DNA of 64,000 nucleotides from Thermodesulfobacteriota bacterium (GTDB lineage Bacteria > Desulfobacterota > Binatia > Bin18). Below, piece by piece: positions 58,451 through 64,000 of this stretch (within the stretch, counting starts at the first letter, position 1; each line of letters opens with the position of its first letter). The position numbers and the translations under genes were made by a program. Where the stretch lies: positions 3,424,001 through 3,488,000 of the forward strand of contig OZ219926.1 in assembly GCA_964291405.2 (NCBI GenBank), given 5' to 3'. The notes below the pieces were generated by a model that did no database searches, was not told the DNA's origin, and saw only the letters and a list, made by a program, of their open reading frames with translations.

Positions 58451-59626
58451 ATGCTTACCGCCACTGACAGAAGAGCAGTGAGTTTCCGCAAGCTCCGAAC
58501 GCTGGAAGTCGTATTGAAGGTCACCGAACGGTGTAACCTGGATTGCGACTATTGCTATTTCTTCAACGCGGGGGACGACAGCTACAAGAATCATGCGGCG
58601 TTTATTTCCAAGGACACGGTCGCGCTGCTCGTGCGGCGGCTTACGGAATTCTCCAAAGAGCGCAAACTTGAACGAATAGCGATTCACCTACATGGCGGCG
58701 AGCCTCTACTCATGTCAAAAGCCCAACTGGACAGCATCTGCGATGAGATTCGATCAAATCTGGCACCTGTTGTCGATCTGTCGATTACCATCCAGACCAA
58801 CGGAATGTTGATTGACCTTGAGTGGATAGAGATTTTTAACAGACACGGCGTCGCGGTGGGTATCAGCCTTGACGGGACGCAGGAGGACAACGACGCCCAT
58901 CGACTCGATCATCGTGGCAGGTCCTCATATCAGGCGACCGTTCGCGGTCTGGAGCTGTGCCAGCGACACCTGAGTCAGCCGCCCGGCGTCTTGGCCGTGA
59001 TTGCCGAGAACTCCGACCCTAAGGCAATCTACGAACACTTCCGACACGGTCTTGGCCTCGGGCGCCTCGACTTTCTCCTCCCCGACCTGAATCACGACAA
59101 CTTCGACGGCGACGCAGAGGCATATGGTGAATTCCTGATCCAGATCTTCGACATGATGGTGAATGACGAGGAGCCCGTCAGTGTCAGAATCATCGATCAT
59201 TTTCTCGCGAGCATCTACGGATACGGAAACTTCCTCTTCGGTGCCGGGCGTGGTGACCCCGAATATCTGCTCATCACCGTTTCGTCCGATGGCGGAGTCG
59301 GGCCTGACGACACCCTGAGATCCACGAAGTTTTGGAGTGGATATGAATACAGGGACTTAAGGAGTTACCGCATTGAGGAGATAATCCACGATCCGTTGTT
59401 TCAAGAATTTGAGCTTGCCAAGAAGACGACCGCATCCGCATGTTCAGGTTGCTGTTGGCGTAATATCTGTGGCAGTGGCCAGCCGGTCCACCGGTATGCG
59501 ACGCGCAATGGATTCGACAACCCGACCGTCTATTGCAAGGGACTGGATGGGTTCTACACCCATGTTTTGAGGTATTTGGCCTTACACGGAGAGCCTTTGG
59601 AGAAGATCAGTGCAAACTTGGTCTGA
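58451..59626 (+). CDS. Radical SAM/SPASM peptide maturase, XyeB/FxsB-like (cyclophane-forming)
   Basis: LKVTERCNLDCDYCY (Cx3Cx2C), HGGEPLL, IQTNG, GISLDG, DFLLPDLNHD, DDTLRST, C-terminal Cx2Cx5Cx21C. Confidence 0.88.
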   Translation: MLTATDRRAVSFRKLRTLEVVLKVTERCNLDCDYCYFFNAGDDSYKNHAAFISKDTVALLVRRLTEFSKERKLERIAIHLHGGEPLLMSKAQLDSICDEIRSNLAPVVDLSITIQTNGMLIDLEWIEIFNRHGVAVGISLDGTQEDNDAHRLDHRGRSSYQATVRGLELCQRHLSQPPGVLAVIAENSDPKAIYEHFRHGLGLGRLDFLLPDLNHDNFDGDAEAYGEFLIQIFDMMVNDEEPVSVRIIDHFLASIYGYGNFLFGAGRGDPEYLLITVSSDGGVGPDDTLRSTKFWSGYEYRDLRSYRIEEIIHDPLFQEFELAKKTTASACSGCCWRNICGSGQPVHRYATRNGFDNPTVYCKGLDGFYTHVLRYLALHGEPLEKISANLV

Positions 59627-59667
59627 GACGACCGTAATGCGTCGTGGTTGGAAACGCGCATCGACAG

Positions 59668-61023
59668 TCAGGTCTGAGGTCCCTGATCGGTTGGCGGCGC
59701 GCCTTGTTGGCAGATACGCCCGAACACGGGCCAGGCCAGCGCCAGCCCGATCAGTCCGAATTCCAGCAGACGGGCCCAGAGCGGCTGCTGATAGGCTTGC
59801 AACTCGTAGTCGTTCACATTGAGCCCGGTAATATAAGAGATGAGGACGGCCATGGAGGCCGTCCAGGTCCATACGCTGGGAAAGATCGCCGCAAAGGGCA
59901 GCAGCCAGAGCAGATACCACGGATTGATGACCGGAGACGCCGCCAGCAGCACCCCGTAGACCCAGTCGCCGCGCGGAACGGACCGCCCCGCGTCCCGGCA
60001 ATACTGCCAGTAGTACCAGCCACAGAACAGGGCGCAGGCCAGTCCCAAAACGAGCTTGGCCTCAAAGGCCGGCAGCACCAGCGTCAACAGCCCAAAGGCC
60101 GCGGAGTTGAACTCCCACTCTCGGGCGAAGACCAGCAGCGAGTGCAGGTCCGTGCCGCCACCCAGGGCGAACGGCGCGTATAGGGCCGTCAGCGTAGCGC
60201 CGAACAGGACCCAGTGCCGGATTGAGGCGCCGACCAGCACGAACGGCACCAGCACCAGAGCGAATATCTTGGCCCCGCAGGCCAGACCCAGACACACCGC
60301 TGTGCTCTGCCAGCGGTAGTTCCGGGCCAGGACAAGCGCGGCCAGCAGCAGGCCGACGCCGATGCCGTCCGGGTGAGCGGTAAAGGCAATTTCTTTGACC
60401 ACTAGCGGACACCAGGCGTAGAGCATGACGTTCCGCGCCGGCGCCAGGCGTAGCAGCAGGACCACAGTGGCAAGGTCAATGCTAATCAGCAGAACCTGCA
60501 AGGCCGCGATGCTGCCCGGTCGCAGCCAGTAGCCGAGCAGGAAAACGAACTGTGTCGTCGGAGCGTAGATGGTCGGCAACTCGGGATGGTTGATCCCATC
60601 CAGCACGCTGTGAAACGTGGAGGGAACGGTAGGGTCGGTGAAAAACGCTTCCGGGACGGCGGCGTAGGGCGTACCGGCGGTGGCAAAACGATAACCGTCC
60701 CACAGGTAGCGATAGAAGTCGTCTTCAAACAGTGGCCCGCCGACCAGCCCGCAGATTCTGAAGGCTACGGCCCAGAAGAGCAGGCAGTCGAGCGGGAACG
60801 GTTCGTCACGCCGGTGACAGTACAGGAAGAGGCCGAATACCGGCAGGCCGGTCCAGGCCATCAGGATGAAGAAGGCGACCAGGTCGGGTTCACCAAGGGG
60901 ACGTGCCAAAAAGGCGAGGGCGGCGTAGCCCAGGGTACAGCCAAGACCGACCGCGTCCACCAGCCGACGCGTCTCCACGCTCGGTTGCCCACGCGCGTTT
61001 GCGCCGGCTATCGTCTCAAGCAT
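59668..61023 (-). CDS. Polytopic GT-C (GT87-like) membrane glycosyltransferase
   Basis: EDDFYRYLWDG, INHP..PTIY.P, YAWCPL, WEFN, PWYLLW. Confidence 0.75.
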   Translation of the reverse strand: MLETIAGANARGQPSVETRRLVDAVGLGCTLGYAALAFLARPLGEPDLVAFFILMAWTGLPVFGLFLYCHRRDEPFPLDCLLFWAVAFRICGLVGGPLFEDDFYRYLWDGYRFATAGTPYAAVPEAFFTDPTVPSTFHSVLDGINHPELPTIYAPTTQFVFLLGYWLRPGSIAALQVLLISIDLATVVLLLRLAPARNVMLYAWCPLVVKEIAFTAHPDGIGVGLLLAALVLARNYRWQSTAVCLGLACGAKIFALVLVPFVLVGASIRHWVLFGATLTALYAPFALGGGTDLHSLLVFAREWEFNSAAFGLLTLVLPAFEAKLVLGLACALFCGWYYWQYCRDAGRSVPRGDWVYGVLLAASPVINPWYLLWLLPFAAIFPSVWTWTASMAVLISYITGLNVNDYELQAYQQPLWARLLEFGLIGLALAWPVFGRICQQGAPPTDQGPQT

Positions 61024-61054
61024 ATCCCGCCCGGCACGACAGGTCGTTACCTGC

Positions 61055-61726
61055 TCATGACCCGTCTCGTTTCTGTCCCCAGGTATCCCAATGGGTCAGT
61101 TCGGTAGCCGGAATACGCCGGGCCGCCTTGAAATCCGTGCCTGTATAATAGGCCACGGGCAAGAGCACGCCTTGTGTCACCGAGTCCGGAATATTGAGCA
61201 GCTTGGCCGCTTCGTCGGCGTGTTTGAGATGCACGGTGGTCCAACAGCAGCCCAGGCCCCGCGCACGGGCGGCCAGCATAAATGACCAGGCCGCCGGCAG
61301 AATGGAGCCGTAGGCCGTAGCCTGATCAAAAAGCGGTACGTCGCGGACCTGATCCTCGATGCAGAACAGCACATGGACCGGAACCTCATGCAGATGATCG
61401 ACCAGATAGACGGCGGAGTCGATCATGCGCTGGGTTTCGGTTGATGCGGGTCCTGTGGTCCCATACGTCGCGTCGTCGGCCTGCTCCCAGTAGGACTCAA
61501 ACGCCTGTTTGTAGAGTCGCGCGATGCCAGCCCGTTTTTCGGCGTCGTGAATCACCACAAAGCGCCATTTCTGGGTATTAGTGGCTGAGGGGCTCTGCAC
61601 CGCCACTTCCAGACATTCTTCGATCAATGCCGGTGGGACCGGACGGGTCAGATCGAGGCGCTTCCGTATGGAGCGTGTGGTGGTTAAGAGCGTGTCACAT
61701 GTACTCAGGTCCAAATCCGTATTCAT
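61055..61726 (-). CDS. Nitroreductase family protein
   Basis: LLTTTRSIRKRLD, SPSATN.Q.W.F, SILPAAWSFMLAARARGLG. Confidence 0.92.
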   Translation of the reverse strand: MNTDLDLSTCDTLLTTTRSIRKRLDLTRPVPPALIEECLEVAVQSPSATNTQKWRFVVIHDAEKRAGIARLYKQAFESYWEQADDATYGTTGPASTETQRMIDSAVYLVDHLHEVPVHVLFCIEDQVRDVPLFDQATAYGSILPAAWSFMLAARARGLGCCWTTVHLKHADEAAKLLNIPDSVTQGVLLPVAYYTGTDFKAARRIPATELTHWDTWGQKRDGS

Positions 61727-61813
61727 AGCTCACCTCTGTCAGAAAAAATCACAAAGCGCGGGTGAGAACAACTCGCACGCCTGCTGTAATGACGTGCCAA
61801 TGGTGTTGACAAA

Positions 61814-61840
61814 TGAAATTGATAATGATTCTCAATTTCA
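61814..61840. promoter_or_regulatory. Fur-box-like palindrome
   Basis: TGAAATTGATAAT-G-ATTCTCAATTTCA (12 of 13 arm positions match), containing GATAATGATTCTCA; TTGACA at 61806. Confidence 0.8.
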
Positions 61841-61969
61841 ACAAAATAATTTTGACAGGAGGAGGTGAGGTAGCAGCAGACCTGTCGGCAATCGATTATG
61901 AGGCACACACGAGTGGCCCGAGGACCTGATCCCAGCGCCCATCAAAGGACAGAGAGGAGACAGACCATA

Positions 61970-63443
61970 ATGCGGAAAAGCGTATGGATTTTGAGCGCGC
62001 TGGCTCTCGTACTGGGCATTCCCGTGAGCGGCCATGCCGCCGATGAAGAGCGGATGCAGCAACTTGAACAGCAATTGCAGGCCATGCAGAACGCGATGTC
62101 GTCGATGCAGGGCGAGTTGGAAAGCCTGCGGACCGAACACAAGCAGGAACAGGAGCGGGAGGCAGAACAGACCCGCCGCCAGGACGTCCTGGCCGAGGAA
62201 GTGGACAACCTGCGCACCAGCCTGACCCTGCCCGACTTCAAACCCCTGACCATGGAAGACAGCCGTATACGGCCTGGGACCGTCGGCCTCCAAAGTTTAC
62301 GGCGTCGAGCAGGGCTTGTCGATCGGCGGTTATGGCGAGGCCTATTACCGCAAGGACGTGAGCGACAAGTCGCGGAGCGACCGCGACTTTGCGGACAACC
62401 TGCGTTTCGTGCTGTACACCGGCTTTAAGTTCACCGACCGCATCATCCTCAATGCCGAGCTGGAGTTCGAGCACGCCGGAACGGGCGCTGGCGGTTCGGT
62501 GTCGGTCGAGTTTGCCTACATCGATTTCCTGATGTGGGAATGGGCCAATTTCCGGGCCGGTATGTTGCTCGCCCCGCTGGGCATCGTCAACGAGTTGCAT
62601 GAGCCCGTGTTCTTCAACGGCGTGGAGCGACCCGAGGTTGAGCGGCGCATCATCCCCTCGACTTGGCGCGAGAACGGCATTGGCATATTCGGTGAGCTGC
62701 TGCCCGGCCTCGAATACCGCATCTACGGCATGAACGCGCTTGAAGGCGTGGCAAGCAACACGTCCAAGTGTTCGCCTAACGATGACGGCAACTGTTTGAC
62801 CAAGCCCTCGTTCAAACTGAAGGAGCACTTCCGCAGTACGCGCCAGAAGGGCGGTAATGCCGTGGCCGAGGATATCGGGCTTGCGGCGCGGCTGGACTAT
62901 ACGCCCATGCTGAACCTCAAGTTTGGCGGCTCGGTCTACACCGGCAAGTCCTCCCACGATAGTCAGTACTACGAGTGTGTGGACGGGAAGTGTGGCCCGG
63001 TCAATGTGCCCGGCGCGCGGCTGACCATCTGGGAGCTGCACTCCATGTACAGTTGGCAGGGGCTGGACCTGCGGGCGCTGTTCGCCATGTCCCATCTCAA
63101 GGACTCGGACGAACTCAACCGCATCGGTGGTGGCGGGAAGATCGCCAAGGAGATGTACGGCTTCTACGCCGAGGCGGCCTACGACATCATGCCGTGGGTG
63201 CTGGGGAATACCATACAGCAACTGTCGCCCTTTGTGCGTTTTTCCTATATTGACCAGCACGCCGAGATGGCTGGTGACTGGGACGCCAAGGGTCGGTATG
63301 AGCACCGCATCTGGACCACCGGTGTCAGCTATAAACCCCACCCGAACGTGGTGCTCAAGGTGGATTACCGCAACTTCGATACCGTGGATAACGACAACGA
63401 GCGTGAAGACGAGGTCAACTTTGGCATTGGCTTTGTTTTCTAG
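61970..63443 (+). pseudogene. Outer-membrane porin (coiled-coil N-terminus plus beta-barrel) split by a +1 frameshift near 62263; pseudogene or sequencing error
   Basis: Frame 1 gives signal peptide and coiled coil up to ..MEDS. The +1 frame continues YGLGPSASKVYG..SIGGYGE..ELEFEH..VEFAYIDF..HEP..ending GIGFVF. Confidence 0.75.
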
Positions 63444-63471
63444 AGCCCGTGTCGTTCAGTACGTTCTGGGC

Positions 63472-63987
63472 ATGGTGGCACTGCTGGGCAGTGCCACCAT
63501 TGCCGAGGCCGAGGTTTTTTATTCCAAGGCAGAGGCGTTACAGGTGGCATTTCCCCAGGCAGACCGCGTCGAGACGCAAACCTTCTTCCTCACCCCGCAG
63601 CAGATCGAACGGGTTGAGACCTTGGCGCAGGCCCCGGTCGATTCCAAGCTGGCCACCTTTCACGTCGGCCATGCGGCCGACATCGTGCAGGGCTACGCCT
63701 TTATTGAGACACATATTGTGCGGACCTTTCCGGAAACATTTCTGATGGTGGTGTCCCCCGACGGCATACTACAGAAACTCCTGGTGCTGGCCTTTTATGA
63801 GCCGCTCGACTATCTGCCGTCGGATCTCTGGCTGGAGCAGTTTGATCGGAAGCGACTGACGCCCTCGTTGCGCCTGCGGCGCGATATCCACGGTATCATG
63901 GGCTCAACGCTGACCGCCCAGGCCGCGACCCAAGGCGTGCGCAAAGTCCTGGCCCTTTTTCAGGTCTTGATTCAGGAGAAACAATAG
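63472..63987 (+). CDS. FMN-binding domain protein (secreted)
   Basis: EALQVAFP, HIVRT, FYEP.DY.P...WL.QF, IMGSTLT flavinylation-like motif; start uncertain. Confidence 0.8.
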   Translation: MVALLGSATIAEAEVFYSKAEALQVAFPQADRVETQTFFLTPQQIERVETLAQAPVDSKLATFHVGHAADIVQGYAFIETHIVRTFPETFLMVVSPDGILQKLLVLAFYEPLDYLPSDLWLEQFDRKRLTPSLRLRRDIHGIMGSTLTAQAATQGVRKVLALFQVLIQEKQ

Positions 63988-64000
63988 CGTGCGCTTTGTG

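Noticed and set aside
59668-61726. GT-C glycosyltransferase and nitroreductase as RiPP tailoring enzymes
   Set aside because: Opposite strand, convergent with the rSAM, and both are common stand-alone families; no evidence of linkage.
62255-62275. Programmed frameshift or phase variation in the porin
   Set aside because: No homopolymer, slippery heptamer or short tandem repeat at the junction.
63989-64000. Start of a further gene (GTG CGC TTT GTG)
   Set aside because: Only four codons are inside the window, too little to call.

Overview
GC-rich bacterial chromosomal segment with no rRNA, tRNA or CRISPR seen. The gene content resembles Binatia/deltaproteobacterial-type MAGs, possibly host-associated, but that is inference only. 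The left end is housekeeping: ExeA/ExeB-like pair, minCDE, xerC-hslVU, two dodecins and a peroxiredoxin. The middle is a patchwork of catabolic enzymes (amidohydrolases, class III aminotransferase, AOR, LLM oxidoreductase, GSII, amidase, two Rieske oxygenases, hydantoinase pair) and transporters (ABC, MFS, OPT, TRAP, NCS2). The right end starts a Fur-boxed porin/FMN-binding operon whose porin carries a frameshift. The best candidate for an undescribed system is a two-gene RiPP locus at 57.8-59.6 kb. It has a 65-aa precursor with a duplicated 13-aa cassette (TDPKxGG-NFLSA) followed by an XyeB/FxsB-like cyclophane-forming radical SAM enzyme. Other notable items: a ~55-bp palindromic element (4 copies) that supplies stop codons to two genes and possibly a start to a third, a REP palindrome translated inside an MFS gene, a Rho lacking its OB-fold RNA-binding domain, an NCS2 permease fused to a degenerate RsbW-like domain, and a CxxCP cytochrome-c-like secreted protein paired with a beta-barrel. 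All family calls come from motif recognition; no database searches were run.
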